DNA of 63,977 nt, filler included, from Octopus bimaculoides (GCF_001194135.2; 5 parts of 4 records of this genome joined end to end with filler, not necessarily neighbours in it); one strand, 5' to 3'. Shown: positions 1 to 14,589, counted from the first letter of the whole stretch. A program made the numbers and translations. Notes: generated by a model from the letters alone, not told the origin.

Positions 1-35
<35 letters not shown>

Positions 36-629
36 AACAACTAATATTGGCCAAAATGCTGTTGTTGTTGTTGTTGCTGTAGTTACCGGTTGTGGTGGTA
101 TGTGATTAAGGGGTGGGGGTGGGAGTGGAGGTCTTCGGGAAAGTACGAAAATAAAAATTATAAAAATAATAAGAATAATTTAAAAAAATAAATAAAATTA
201 TGTCGTTTCGTTGTTATAGACATATAAGTCGATGAAAACATAATACTTTTTGCATCGCAAAAATAAATTTTAGTAAATATTTAGGTATCAGATTCTCTAT
301 CTTCCATTGGCTTTTTGACAGGCCAATGAATGTCAATAAACACTTCTTTTCATCAAAATACTGCATTCACGTTCAATTTGTGTTGTTTTCCTATCTCTTT
401 CTCTCCCCAACTCCAACTACCTACCGCGCTTTTTATTTCCTTTTCTGTCTTTTTCTTTCGTTGTCTCAGTCTTTCTCATCCTCTCTTTCTCACTCTCTCT
501 CTCAATGTATATATGTCTGTGTGTGTACGTAAGTATGGATGTACCTATGTATTTATCTATATGTAGATAGATAGATAGATACACACACACATATATATAC
601 CTTTTTATATATACACATATACATATGCA

Positions 630-665
<36 letters not shown>

Positions 666-813
666 TGTATATATATGTGTGTGTGTTTGTGTGCGTGTGT
701 GTAATATATATATACACAATCACATGTGTGTATGAGTAAAATGTATGTGTATATGTATGCGTAAGTGTATATCTACGTATGTGCATATATAAATAAATAT
801 ACGTACATGTATA

Positions 814-872
<59 letters not shown>

Positions 873-2796
873 ACATACATACCTGTACGTATATAAACAC
901 ACACACACACACATATATATACATGTGTGCGCGTGAGTCTGTGTATGTATATATATTTATGTGTGTATCGCTATTCCTCATTTTTCTCTTTTCTAGTACC
1001 CCCACTTTCTCTCACTATCAATATCTCTCGATTCAGATTTTGGTTCAATTTAAATATCCAGGTATAGTGAAGCCCAGTGTGCCATTGTACGTTATGACAT
1101 AGTATGGTGTAGGATGTTATTGTGTGGCAGGATATGCTATGTTATGGTACGTTATTGGATATATGTCGTCGTGTGATCGTGTGGTATGCTGTGGTGCAAT
1201 ATGATATAGAAAAACATTGGGCTAACTGATAACATAAGTTTTATTTTAACTTATTCTTTACCAATTTTTATTTCATTTTATGCATCTGCATTGAATTTCT
1301 GAGTTGTTTATGAGGATACACACGAGAATTCTATTGTCGTTTCACACAGACAATAGTTTAGATCTCTACCTATAATTATTGAAGATCTTTGGTGCGAAGC
1401 TATTTGCCGCAGCACCAATTTTGAGCAGATACTTACTTCAGGACAAGTCCTGTGAAACCAGACACCGCTTGACTAATTTGCAGATGTTTTACTTCAAAAC
1501 ATCAAAGGCGCTGTAAAATATGCAGAACCTTTCAGAAGTTTAATTCGTAAGAAGGGCATTACAAGTGTGAAGGCATTCTAACATGGGGCTCAGTATGCGT
1601 GCACGAGTCAAAACAGGCGTATCTTCACATGAAATCATCCGTGAGTATCTTTAGCCATACGTATATGCGTACAAAAGATACATATGTGAATATCTTATAG
1701 TGGTTCACTAGATTCCAATATAAGACCAATGATTCAACATTAGAAACCGTCTCTTTTGCTCTTTTTCTTCTTGTGAGAAATTAAAAAATTATGAACTTGA
1801 TGACATGCAGTCAGAACGGCAGAGATTCAAATCTTGAGGTGTGCATCATTTATAAAACGTTCGTGTAGACCGAAACCGAAGATGTGACGAATGTTTTAAA
1901 ATCTCAGACTCTCGTTTTAGTACTGTCTAAAGAACAATAAACATAAAGCAAAAATTTATTTTTATAATTAAATATAATAATTTTTAATCTGTTAACTATT
2001 ACTTGTTTCACTCATTGAACTGCAGCCATACTGGTGTATCGCATTGAAGGAAGAGACACATTTACAAAGACACAGATGCATAAATACATACATAAATACA
2101 AACACACACACACACACGCGTGTGTGTGTGTATCTTTTATCTTTTATCGGTTTCAGCTCAATGCTACAGCCATGCTGGGGAACCACCGTTTTGCTACACT
2201 TTTATTACCAAGAGCCTCCTCTAATATGTGACATTTGGTGAATAAAGGAGTTTGATGTCACTGCCCTCTTTTGCGCCTCCTGCCGCGTGTTAAGTTCATC
2301 TGAGACTCTCGAATGGAAGATTTCCATTTCTGTGTTGAAAACACTTCCATCCACTTTGTGTAGGTCTCTCAGGCAATTTGTCCTCCCACCACCACACACA
2401 CACATATTCCATACCGGCTACTTACGATGAGCGTAGGTTATATAATCGGATTGTTACCTGATATTCAGTTACACCCCTAGGGCGAAACCGATTGGTAACA
2501 TCAGCCGTGATGGATATATAATACTGTACACTTCGGATAATGTACCCACTCTATTGACAGATATACGAGTGCTTATTTTTCTTGATTTATGGACTTTTAG
2601 ACAACTNNNNNNNNNNNNNNNNNNNNNNNNNNNNNNNNNNNNNNNNNNNNNNNNNNNNNNNNNNNNNNNNNNNNNNNNNNNNNNNNNNNNNNNNNNNNNN
2701 NNNNNNNNNNNNNNNNNNNNNNNNNNNNNNNNNNNNNNNNNNGAAGGAACCATGTGGCTGTGAAGTAAACTTACCACTTAGTCACTTCTGTGCCTA

Positions 2797-2859
<63 letters not shown>

Positions 2860-2862
<3 letters not shown>

Positions 2863-3390
2863 TTTGACGAGACAATAGTTCACCTCGTCCTCGGGATGTA
2901 CTGTGCTGACACCAAACGAATACAAAAGTTGTGTAGGACAGTATTTACATCGGAAAATATGTAAACACTACAAAGTCGGCACTTCTGCTTACTGGTATGA
3001 ACATCACCCTGAGCCAGTCGTTGAAGGTAAAAATGTCACTATCCTCTCGGGTTTTCCAGTCAAAACCAACAGACTGATCTAGGCTAATCGACCAGATATA
3101 GTCATTAAAGACAGAGAAGAAAATACTTGTAGACTAATGAATGCAAGTGTTTTCACTCATAAAAATATATCTGTAAAGAATTTGACAAACTAAGTAAATA
3201 TAAACATCTGGAAATAGAAATACAAAAGATGTGGCATCTTAAAGCGAGAACTGTTCCTGTTATTGTGGGTGCCCTTCGTATGATAAGAAAGGGATGTAAG
3301 AAACATCTCGATAATATCCTAGGAGAACCAGATCTCAGAGATCTAGGTATCGGCATGTAATGGAAACAGAATTGAAAGAAGATGATAATG
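2860..3390 (+). mobile_element. R4/Dong-like non-LTR retrotransposon, degraded RLE end
   Basis: Reads ...ANRPDIVIKDREENTCRL...KEFDKLSKYKHLEIEIQKMWHLKARTVPVIVGAL (PD-(D/E)xK RLE). (TAA)n lies on both sides. Confidence 0.85.
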
Positions 3391-3392
3391 AA

Positions 3393-3486
<94 letters not shown>

Positions 3487-3789
3487 TATAACAATAATAA
3501 TAGTGACTTAGATTATTTTACAGAGACATGTGTAAAAACAACTGTTTAGTTAACTTAGTTTTGTGAACAAATGGTGGACTTGAGTAACTAAATCAGAGAA
3601 TAACTGAATATCAACAGCAAAGAGTAATTCTAGAGTTTGGGATCGTGTCATGGCTTTGAGAAATGGATTGTTTGATGATAAATAATTTCAACGGTAAATT
3701 TATTGCGCAATTTTGTTAATTCTTTCACTTGAACTTTTCCCCGATTGGCTCTACCATATGTAGGTCAAAATTTACGCAAGCTTAGATTT

Positions 3790-4005
3790 CTTTTCTACTC
3801 TAGGCACAAGGCCTGAAATTTTGAGGGACGGGGCCAGTCGATGAGATCGACCCCAGTACGCAACTGGTACTTATTTTATCGACCCCGAAAAGTTGAAATG
3901 CAAAGTCGACCTCGGCGGAATTGGAACTCAGAACGTAAAGACTAACGAAATGCCGCTAAGCATTTCGCCCGGCGTGCTAACGTTTCTGCCAGCTCGCTCG
4001 CCGCA
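3790..4005 (-). mobile_element. tRNA-derived SINE family A
   Basis: Minus strand has the GGCGAGC..GAGCTGGCAGAAACGTTAGC A-box region, a GAGTTCCAATTCC B-box and a GAGGTCGACTTTGC...GGGGTCGATAAAATAAGTACCAG body shared with more than 20 copies in the window. Confidence 0.85.
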
Positions 4006-4034
4006 TGCTTAGAATTGCAAAAGGGCTTTGCAAT

Positions 4035-4330
4035 GTGCTTGTACGACTTTTGTCTTTTGCTCCCTATATTTCAGTCACTGGACTACGGTCATGCTTAGGT
4101 GCCACCTCCAAGGGTTTAGCCGGACGAATTAATCCCAGAACTTATCTTTTTAATAAATCTGACACTTTTTCCATCGGTTACTTCTGCCGAACTGCTGCGT
4201 TACGAGCACTTAAAGAAACCAACACCAGTTGTCAAGCATGGTGGTAATGAACAAACACAATCACAGGCAGACATACATATATGCAGATATGTATATGTGT
4301 GTGTGCTTATATGTGTGTGTGCTTATATGT
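4035..4330 (-). mobile_element. SINE family B, 3' half
   Basis: Homologous to the 3' half of the full copy at 19176-19574. Confidence 0.75.
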
Positions 4331-4438
4331 GTGTGTGCTTATATGTGTGTATGTGTGTGTGTGTTTGTATGTGCATTAATCAAAGGAATACCAACTTTCA
4401 CTTATTTTCACGTTTTATTTACAAACTTATAATAATAT

Positions 4439-4762
4439 TGTTGTGTTGACGCCCCCAGGCGAAGAAGTAGCATCTCACAAGACATACAAATAGAGGTTGT
4501 CTGGCCGTGGTAGTTGTGTTGAGTAGCAGTCGAGTAGCAGTTGTGTAGCGGTTGAGTAGACATCATCCGAAGGTGCTAGATAGCAGTAGCTTGAGGCATA
4601 ACAGTGGCGATGAGGTTTCTAATAGCACCTTCGCATGATCTCTACTCAACCGCTACACAACTGCTACTCGACTGCTACTCAACACACCTACCACGGCCAG
4701 ACCACCTCTATTTATATGTCTTGGAAGATCCTACTTCTTCGCCAGGAGGCGTTGACACAACA
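4439..4762. mobile_element. Palindromic TG...CA element with 5-bp TSD (inverted LTR-like arms)
   Basis: 140-nt arms at 4439-4578 and 4623-4762 (about 12 mismatches) with a 44-nt spacer. AATAT directly flanks both ends. Confidence 0.8.
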
Positions 4763-5369
4763 AATATGATATAAGATAACATAATATAATGAAATGATAG
4801 AATATTAAATGTTCATTCCGATTGAACTAGTACTTTCATGCATTAAACTATGCAATTTTCAGGTTCATATACTAGTGATGACAGTTATATTTTACAATTT
4901 ACAACTGCAGTGAGATGGCTAAAATATGTGCCTTAAATACATTTGTATAGACTCCAGGACGTTATGTTTGGCAAACTGTACTCTGACCAATCAGTGTGTA
5001 GCTTTACTACATTACTTAAGTTGATTGGTGTTTGGTTTAGGCGGCACGGTTTGTTGAACATGTCAAAAGAACTGTATTTTGACCTTAGCCAAAACAGTAA
5101 TTGTTTGGCTAATTATCAGCTATCATCATCACCATTAGCATCACCTTTATTATTGTTGTCGTTGGTGGTAGTGGTAGGAGTAGCTGTATTAATAGAACTT
5201 TAAACCCCAAAATAAGATTATTTTTACGAACTTGACTTAGCTAGTATTTTCCTGCTATTGTCATCATGCGAACATTTAGTATTGTTGTTGTTGTTGTTGT
5301 TAGTAGTAGTGGTCGTAGCAGTAGAAATAGTACCTCTAACTATTATTATTAGTTATTACTTAGCTTGGT

Positions 5370-5545
5370 TTGGACAACTTGCAAAGATAATTTGGAACTC
5401 GACAGAGGAAAGAAAACTCCGAATGACCCGTCCTTGTTTTCTTTGTATCGTCTGTCTGGATGTTTGTTGTCCCTTTTTTGTATCGCCTTACTGTCTGGAT
5501 GTTTTGTGTTCTTGTCCCATTTTTGTATATTTTATATATAAAAAG
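5370..5545 (+). repeat. Repeat family C (putative Penelope pseudo-LTR), 3' piece
   Basis: ggaactcga...gaaaactccgaatgacccgtccttgttttctttgtatcgtctgtctggatg is shared with 6300-7005, 11290-11465 and 31815-32470. Confidence 0.6.
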
Positions 5546-5593
5546 ATATAGCGGCGTACGCACACTTTGGTCTCTTATATGTAAGTATATATA

Positions 5594-6250
5594 CCGTAAA
5601 TCCTCGAGTATAGTCTTCCCTTGAGTATAATACGCAGGGGATTTTTAGAGGGCTGTACCTCTGAAAAACCTACACCTTGTGTATAATACGCACCCCTTCT
5701 CTAACTTGAGTCAAGGAGGTCTATATAACGTCCTTGGTTTGTAAACATATACACGGTATCGTCCTTTATTGTTATTGTATATACAACATAATGCAAACGT
5801 ATAGCTTTTTTGTGCACTTTGTTTGCAGAAAATAAAGAAATAACAGTAATAACGTCAGTGAAAAATAAATATTAAGTGAATTGCCTTCACATATTTATCA
5901 CTATCAGTTACAAAAGCAAAAGCAAAAACATTTATTCAAATCCTTCAAATTCAGCGTCACATTCAGCATCAAATAACTGTTCCATTTGTTCCTCCGTAAA
6001 CATGTCAGCATCATTGTAGCGTAAATCTCCGTCATCGTCAGATTCATAGTCAACATCAGGAAATTCACTTTCATTTATTTCATCTTTCCATACAACGTCA
6101 TCCTGAGTACCATCCAGTGCAGACGATATACAACACTTTTATTTTAATAAATGTTGCTTACTGCAAGTTATGGATGATTCTTTTATGACTTCATTGCGTT
6201 CAGGCTTAGCTTAAAGTATTTTCGCGCCCGGCATCACAAAATTCGTCTGA
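5594..6250 (-). mobile_element. pogo/Tc2-like DNA transposon, 3' end
   Basis: Minus strand reads KCCISSALDGTQDDVVWKDE...DAEFEGFE*, a DDE_1 transposase C-terminal motif with an acidic tail. A TA|CCGTAAATCCTCGAGTATA terminus lies at 5592-5612. Confidence 0.7.
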
Positions 6251-6299
6251 ATAAACATTGCCGGCCAGCAAACAGAGACTCGGATATTGCTTAGAAAAT

Positions 6300-7005
6300 A
6301 TTTTTCATTTTATATCTAAATTTTGTACGACTCTATTATTCTTTCTATTCTTTCATTATTTCCTTCTTTCTATCATCCCCTTCACACTTACTTCGTTCAT
6401 TCTACTCTTCGTTCTTTCGTTCCCCCTCTCTCAAATTTCCTAGCCTTTTCTTCATGCTCACCTTCCCTACTCTTTTACTTCACTCTGTCCCTTTCATTTG
6501 TTTTCTCGCCCCTTCTTAATTCTTCTATCCCTCTACCTCTACTCCTCTCTCTTCTCTCCCCACGTGACCGGTGTTCGGCCAAGTCTGACCTTTCTTTCTT
6601 GGTTCGACTACCACTCCGTGTAACATCTATATTCCTCCCTGTGCCTGTCAAATCTTATGTCACTGCCGTAAGGCTTTACTCCCACACGCACCAGCTTGAT
6701 TTAATTCGTCCTTAGTCAAAAGATACCTGTTGTTAATGTCCTGTTATTTGTATTTGTGTACCATTTCTTCGTTTTTTTTCCCGACCTTGTTTTCGTATAC
6801 ATTCGCTGCTTTCTTCCAAGGAATCTAGTCTCTCAGCTTAGTTTTTCCTTGCAGCTGGCCAGAGTGGAGCAATCTCGATTATAACCAGCCGAAATTCCAA
6901 GGATTATCTGGAACTCGATGGAAGAAAGAAAACACCGAAAGACCTGTCCTTGTTTTCTTTGTATCGTCTGTCTGGATGTTTTGCGTTCTTGTCCCATTTT
7001 GTATT
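6300..7005 (+). repeat. Repeat family C, long copy
   Basis: Collinear with the reverse complement of 31815-32470 over about 600 nt. Starts with a pyrimidine-rich region. Confidence 0.7.
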
Positions 7006-8189
7006 ATATATATATATATATATATATATNNNNNNNNNNNNNNNNNNNNNNNNNNNNNNNNNNNNNNNNNNNNNNNNNNNNNNNNNNNNNNNNNNNNNNN
7101 NNNNNNNNNNNNNNNNNNNNNNNNNNNNNNNNNNNNNNNNNNNNNNNNNNNNNNNNNNNNNNNNNNNNNNNNNNNNNNNNNNNNNNNNNNNNNNNNNNNN
7201 NNNNNNTATATATACACAAATACATGTAATATATATGCATACATGCTTTATATATATATATATGCGTGTTTTTTGTGTGTGTGCGTGTGTAATATATATA
7301 TTTGGAAGGATTATATATGTATTTAGAAGGATTGAAATTAAGGAAGGAAGAAACTGCATAGAATATACACATATTTTCCCTTTACTTATTACGAGCTTTT
7401 AATAATTTCTGTTATTTGGTAATTATATGGAGCGACATTTCAGTCTTTTTAAAAATTGTTAGGAAGACATAAACTGAGATATATACACTTCACATTTTAT
7501 CCAGCGATAAACTTTTTAAAAGAAATAAGTATTTTGAAATTCGTGGTAAAGTGTGAGGTGTTACAGATACTGATTTACCTTCTTGTATATATAACATTCA
7601 CACTTCCGTGAAGCAATCAGGTATTCGGTGAATTTTTATTAAGTAAAAACATACAAATATCAGAAAAAAGTCCTTGCTATCTAACACATTTCTTTTTTTT
7701 TTCGCCATGCTCTTACCGCAGACTGAAGAGAATCGTCATAGAATTAGTATTCCCTTTGATTTGGACCAATAGAAGCTGTCCTTTTTTGTTTCCTCACAAC
7801 AAATAAGATAATAACTGGGTATAAAAATATAAATGGATGCATATTGGTTCCATTGACAGAAAGAAATTCGTTGAAAAAGTTATGCGATATATAATAGTAA
7901 TTTATCATTTGTGTGTGTTCGTATGCGTGTTAGTTCGTCTATTTCTGTGTTTGCAGTTCGTGTTTCAATATTTTTTGTTTGTTTGCGCACAGTGGGCAGG
8001 TTTCTATGTCTGCTTTTGTGCAGATGGGTGAGCATGTGAATGCATGTATGTGAGCGTGTATGTGTGGTGTATGTGTATTGCGTGTCTGTGGTTCTCTGCA
8101 TGTGTGAATGTAGCAAGAGACATGAGCTAAATGCTAAAAATATTACTTTGTAGCACGTAAAACAATATTTCAGAAAACTACAAACACAG

Positions 8190-8222
<33 letters not shown>

Positions 8223-9039
8223 GTCTGTCNNNNNNNNNNNNNNNNNNNNNNNNNNNNNNNNNNNNNNNNNNNNNNNNNNNNNNNNNNNNNNNNNNNNNNN
8301 NNNNNNNNNNNNNNNNNNNNNNNNNNNNNNNNNNNNNNNNNNNNNNNNNNNNNNNNNNNNNNNNNNNNNNNNNNNNNNNNNNNNNNNNNNNNNNNNNNNN
8401 NNNNNNNNNNNNNNNNNNNNNNNNNNNNNNNNNNNNNNNNNNNNNNNNNNNNNNNNNNNNNNNNNNNNNNNNNNNNNNNNNNNNNNNNNNNNNNNNNNNN
8501 NNNNNNNNNNNNNNNNNNNNNNNNNNNNNNNNNNNNNNNNNNNNNNNNNNNNNNNNNNNNNNNNNNNNNNNNNNNNNNNNNNNNNNNNNNNNNNNNNNNN
8601 NNNNNNNNNNNNNNNNNNNNNNNNNNNNNNNNNNNNNNNNNNNNNNNNNNNNNNNNNNNNNNNNNNNNNNNNNNNNNNNNNNNNNNNNNNNNNNNNNNNN
8701 NNNNNNNNNNNNNNNNNNNNNNNNNNNNNNNNNNNNNNNNNNNNNNNNNNNNNNNNNNNNNNNNNNNNNNNNNNNNNNNNNNNNNNNNNNNNNNNNNNNN
8801 NNNNNNNNNNNNNNNNNNNNNNNNNNNNNNNNNNNNNNNNNNNNNNNNNNNNNNNNNNNNNNNNNNNNNNNNNNNNNNNNNNNNNNNNNNNNNNNNNNNN
8901 NNNNNNNNNNNNNNNNNNNNNNNNNNNNNNNNNNNNNNNNNNNNNNNNNNNNNNNNNNNNNNNNNNNNNNNNNNNNNNNNNNNNNNNNNNNNNNNNNNNN
9001 NNNNNNNNNNNNNNNNNNNNNNNNNNNNNNNNNNNNNNN

Positions 9040-9290
<251 letters not shown>

Positions 9291-9484
9291 GGTAGAAATA
9301 AACAACAACAGGTAGGAAATCGAACTTAACCAAAACCGGAAAAGCATTAATACATTAAACAAATAATACGAACAAGGGAGAGAATGTGAAATGAAACAAA
9401 AACATATTTTTAAAAAAATGTAACGAATGTATTTAAATTTAAAAAAATAATCATGTACTGGTGTTATGTTGCTTTTGTCTCTGT

Positions 9485-9522
<38 letters not shown>

Positions 9523-9734
9523 ATTTTTCTTCTTTGAACTCTTGTTATTAGAAAAAAAAAGGCCGAAATTGAATTTTCAAATAGTCCGAAAATAAACCAA
9601 ACCAAACCAAACACAATTATTAATATTTGATGATGATGATGGTGATGATGATGATGAGGTTGATGATGATGACGATGACGACGATGATGAAAATGATGAA
9701 GATGATGATGACCATGACGACGATGATGATGATG

Positions 9735-9791
<57 letters not shown>

Positions 9792-11289
9792 GTGATATAG
9801 AGTTATGTAGAATTTTACAGTAAACAAGTAAGTTGAATTTCAAATAGCAAAATAAATGAATAAATGAATAAATAAATAAAAAGATGAAATATATTTTAAA
9901 ATTTAAATATCACAAATTTACTTTGACGGAAATGACAATAACGATTTATTTGTAATTTAGATGGATTCATCGCATCCGTGGAAGTTTACAACTTATTATT
10001 CATTTGAACTTTGAAATTGTAAAGGGATAAATACTTGTAATGAAAAATAGAATTAAATAAAGAGGACTGATGAAGGGTGGAAACAAGGTTTGTTTTGTCA
10101 TTTTTTGTATATTGTTTTGTTATTTATTCATTGTTATTTTATATCAGATTCTTTTGATGGGGTTTTTGTAGTTATTTAAAAATGTTATATATTTCATTGT
10201 TGTTATTGTTGTTGTTGTTATTATTATTATTGTTGTTGTTGTTGTTGTTATTGTTTATTTTAGCAATGGCGAAACTTTTGGTGGCTGTTATTGTTTGTGG
10301 TGTTGTGTTTGATTATAATGTTATTTTCGTTGTATTTGTTATTTCCAAATATTTTAATAATATGTCATTCAACAACATTTTTTAAAAAAAACGCTTTATT
10401 TCAATGAAATTAAAAAAGAAACATTTAACAAACCACCCCACACAAATAATACATAGATATAATTTCAAAAAATAAATGTAAAAAATGTTAATAAACCCAA
10501 CGAAATTGATCAATATTTTTTTTTTTTGTTATTTTATTTTTTAATTCATTAATGTTGCCATTTTGAAAAAAAGTTGGTTTTAGTAATGTTATTGTTACCA
10601 TTTGTGTTATTGTTGTTGCTGTTGTTCACGTGTTTGATCATTTAGAAAAAGAAAAAAATCTTTACTTCTCTTCTGGCTGGTGCCTGTTCTATGTAAATTT
10701 ATTTACGGAAATTTTAGGAAAGTTGTATAAATATAGCGTTTGTTACACAGTTGTTTCACAATGAAGCAAAGAGACTGAATAGGGAAAACATTTTGAAGGG
10801 GCATGTGTATGTTTGGAAGCGGGGAGCAATAAACAGTGGAAAAGAATAAGTGAAACAGAGACAAGTCCATGAAGAGAGTACGATGATGGCAACGACAACG
10901 ATGACAATCGACGTAAGGATGGTTAATACGCATGGTTAGTCGATGTGTTACTAATAACAGTCAAATCTCCATCAAATCATTTTTCAACTAAAAGAATATG
11001 TTTTATAAATTGCTCAAGATATATGTTCCAAAATAATGTGTTTATTCATGGCTGAAAAACTTTTAATCAGTCCAGAATCAAACCTATTTCACTGAGATTT
11101 AGAATAGATAGTTATGCATGGGTGTATGCATGTAGGTACATACATAAATTTTTTCGTGTTTGTTTGTTTTTTTTTTTTTTNNNNNNNNNNNNNNNNNNNN
11201 NNNNNNNNNNNNNNNNNNNNNACATTCGTAGCTTTCTTACAAAGGGGGCTAATACTCTTAGCTTAGACTTTTGTGGGGACAACCAGATC

Positions 11290-11465
11290 GAATCATCTCA
11301 AGTATAACTGTCCGAAATGGTCGTGACGTCTGGTACTTGACTGATGAAACGGAGCCAAGAATGACCCGTCTTTTTTTGCCTGTCCTTCTAATTGTTGTTT
11401 CTCTTGTCTATCTGTCCGAACGTTTTAATGCCCTCTCTTGCGTTTTTGTTCCATTTTTATATTTA
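11290..11465 (+). repeat. Repeat family C, diverged piece
   Basis: tggtacttgactgatgaaacggagccaagaatgacccgtc...tgtctatctgtccgaacgttt aligns by eye to the other family C copies. Confidence 0.55.
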
Positions 11466-11620
11466 TATATATACATTCATACATACATAATACATACAAA
11501 CATACATACATACATACATACATGCGTGGATCTGCATACTTATATATGTGTACATATACAAGCTTTTCTGCATGTGTCTATCTCTCACTATATACATACG
11601 TACATAAATACACTACTACT

Positions 11621-11652
<32 letters not shown>

Positions 11653-12479
11653 ACACACACACACTCTCAAACACACACACACAAACACACACATACACAA
11701 ACACAAACATGTATGTATATAGGCGCAAGAAGGACACACTGGAAATGTACTCACTGATGGTCACCACTCAAACCCTTTCTGTCATATTTCTGTGCATACA
11801 GACTTGGCTGGAAACTAAATAATACAAATTCTGGAAGACATTTTTCAAAATAAATAATTTTATTGATGAGAATGAGTTTAATCCGTTCTAGCATTCTCTA
11901 ACCTATGCACCATATTTCGTTTTCGCTCTTCAACTGTTTTTGGAATCTAACCTGTACTGATCTGGATTTTAAGTAAAAAGTACTTTACACACTAAAGTCT
12001 GATATTACAAACTGTATATAAGGGATATTTGATAATACAGCTAACTGTTCTGTATGAATTATTCGAATGAGATAATAGAAAGCAATAAGATACACTGTTT
12101 TAGTCGTTTGTTTAACCCATAGTCAGTACTGAGTGACTGTAAGTATGATTGAAGACGTTCCAACCATGAGCAACTGTTTTTTATTAATTCTTGGAGAACA
12201 TTATTTTGCTTTTCTTGTTTAAAGAGCAGTGTGTGATTTGAAATCCTTTTAGCTGTTATTCTTAGTAAGTTGAGCTTTAATGTAGAGGCTCCCCCGTTTA
12301 TTCATAAATAAATAAGATATGAATATTAATTAATTCAATGGCTTTTATTGGTGTTACAAAAATAGGAAATGTTTATACGAGATTAACAAACAATGGTCAT
12401 TTAAAAGAAAACACATTGACATAACAAGGAATTTGCATAATTCCCAGAGTGGTGGGTTAAAGCCTATACATTCAATGTC

Positions 12480-12880
12480 TCTTTGTTTACTCTTTACTCT
12501 TTTACTTGTTTCAGTCATTTGACTGCGGCCATGCTGGGGCACCGCCTTTAGTCGAGAAAATCGACCCCCAGGACTTATTGTTTGGAAGCCTAGTACTTAT
12601 TCTATCGGTCTCTTTTTGCCGAAACGCTAAGTTACGGGGACGTAAACACACCAGCATCGGTTGTCAAGCGATGTTGGGGATACAAAGACAGACACACAAA
12701 CATATATACACACATACATATATATATATACATATATACGACGGGCTTCTTTCAGTTTCCGTCTACCAAATCCACTCACAAGGCTTTGGTCAGCCCGAGG
12801 CTATAGTAGAAGACACTTGCCCAAGGTGCCACGCAGTTGGACTGAACCCAGATCCATGTGGTTGGTAAACAAGCTACTTA
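12480..12880 (-). mobile_element. SINE family B, near full length
   Basis: Reverse complement of 19176-19574, including CCTTGGGCAAGTGTCTTCTACTATAGCC and the internal (TA/TG)n. Confidence 0.9.
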
Positions 12881-14049
12881 GCTTTTATTTCATCTTTCCG
12901 AAATAAGTAGAAATCAGTACAAGTTACATGCTGGGGTTAATTACAATTACCTGAAAATTGCACTAACATTTTTAATCTTTCAAAGTCTCACAGACGACAA
13001 CTCCAGATTCCCAAATGTCTTATTGCCTGGTTTATTTAATATACAGTGAAGAAATTTGATACACGAAATTATTATTATATTTCACAGAGCAATAATAGCT
13101 GTTAGCCATGTCCCAAAGTATTAAGATTTTTAAAATTCTTTAAACAAGTTACTAGGAAAATTGGTAAATCTTCTGAAAACTCTCAAGTCATGTACTTTAC
13201 CACTGATCTACCATAATTAGACAATTACCTTTTATACTTACGACAAAATGGCAAATAGTAATTGAAGGATAACAGTATACAGCGGATGGGATGGTCTGAT
13301 GATGTTTTCTGTTTCTTCAGTGTCAGCTTTTGTTGGTCAAATGTTGGCACTTCTTGGCAGGCGTTGAACTAGTTCCCTGTTACACATTGATTTGTATGTT
13401 TGTGTATATGGGCAGAAATCCATATGATAAGTTTACTGCTTAACTGGGGTTTTTAAAACTTTAACCTTAAGTATGATTCACCTCATGCCTGCTGTCTATA
13501 TATAAACTCTTTAAAACTTTCTTCAAGTTAGTTTTGGAATTGGTGTTAGAATTTTGGCTGGGAATCAAAACAACATTTGATGAAAAATTTTACCGTTAAT
13601 AGAGTGTTGATGAAGTTTTACGTAGGCCGAAATTTACAGTTGGATCTTTTCAAAGAGAATTCTGCCAGCATCTTTGTTGCCAATTAATCAACTAAGTTCA
13701 GCTAGATTGTTACTCCGACATGAAAGAAAATGTTAAAATGACAAGTGAAGATACGTGTTGAAACTGGTGCCATTGTGTATCTTTCCCTTACATTCCAGAG
13801 AGATAGGTTGTAAAATATGTGTCAGGGATAAGCAATAACTAATCTGTTACATTGTTTCTGCTGAACTTCTAAGATGTTCTAAGACACACACACACACACA
13901 CACACGTGCGTGCACGTACATATGTTTAAACATTTGGATGATACGCATACATAAATGCATAAACACATCTCTCTCTCCTTCTTTATCTCTCTCCTTCTTT
14001 CCCTCTCTCTCCTTCTTTATCTCTCTCTCCTTCTTTCTCTCTCTCTCCT

Positions 14050-14088
<39 letters not shown>

Positions 14089-14589
14089 TATATATTTATG
14101 TATAAACACACACACACATATACAAATATATGTGTATTTGTGCGTGTGAGTCTGTATGTATGAGTGAGTGAATGTAAAGTTACATGTAATATTATGAGCA
14201 TGAATTTGAAGAAGAAAATAGAAAATGCTCGCCGACTGGATTTGAACTACGCATCTATCGCCTCACAGCTGACTGTATTTCCAATTTCACACAAACTCAT
14301 ACTTACACACTAACGTATATACACACACGGACAAACATATATATAAATACGCGCGCACATGCGCAAACAGAGATCACGATCCAGATTTCTTGCTCAGGCA
14401 CAAAATACGTTTATGCTATATGATCGCCAACCAAATGCATTCAGTTTATATTTTACTGTTACTTACTTAATCAGCTCCAGGATATAGAAAACCTGAATGA
14501 CTGGAACGATTTGAGCTTGGAACTTACAGCTGTAAAATAAATATGACCTTTCTGTCGTCATGCACTTACAGTGAATTCAGCATTTTAAT

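Noticed and set aside
1484-1587. Possible exon after gactaatttgcag (DVLLQNIKGAVKYAEPFRSLI...)
   Set aside because: No family match, ambiguous donor, and an in-frame stop follows.
10070-10090. Other CTGATGA occurrences (about 10075, 13296, 16381, 20424, 39730, 45557)
   Set aside because: No stem II followed by GAAA and no stem I partner; some lie inside TE coding sequence.
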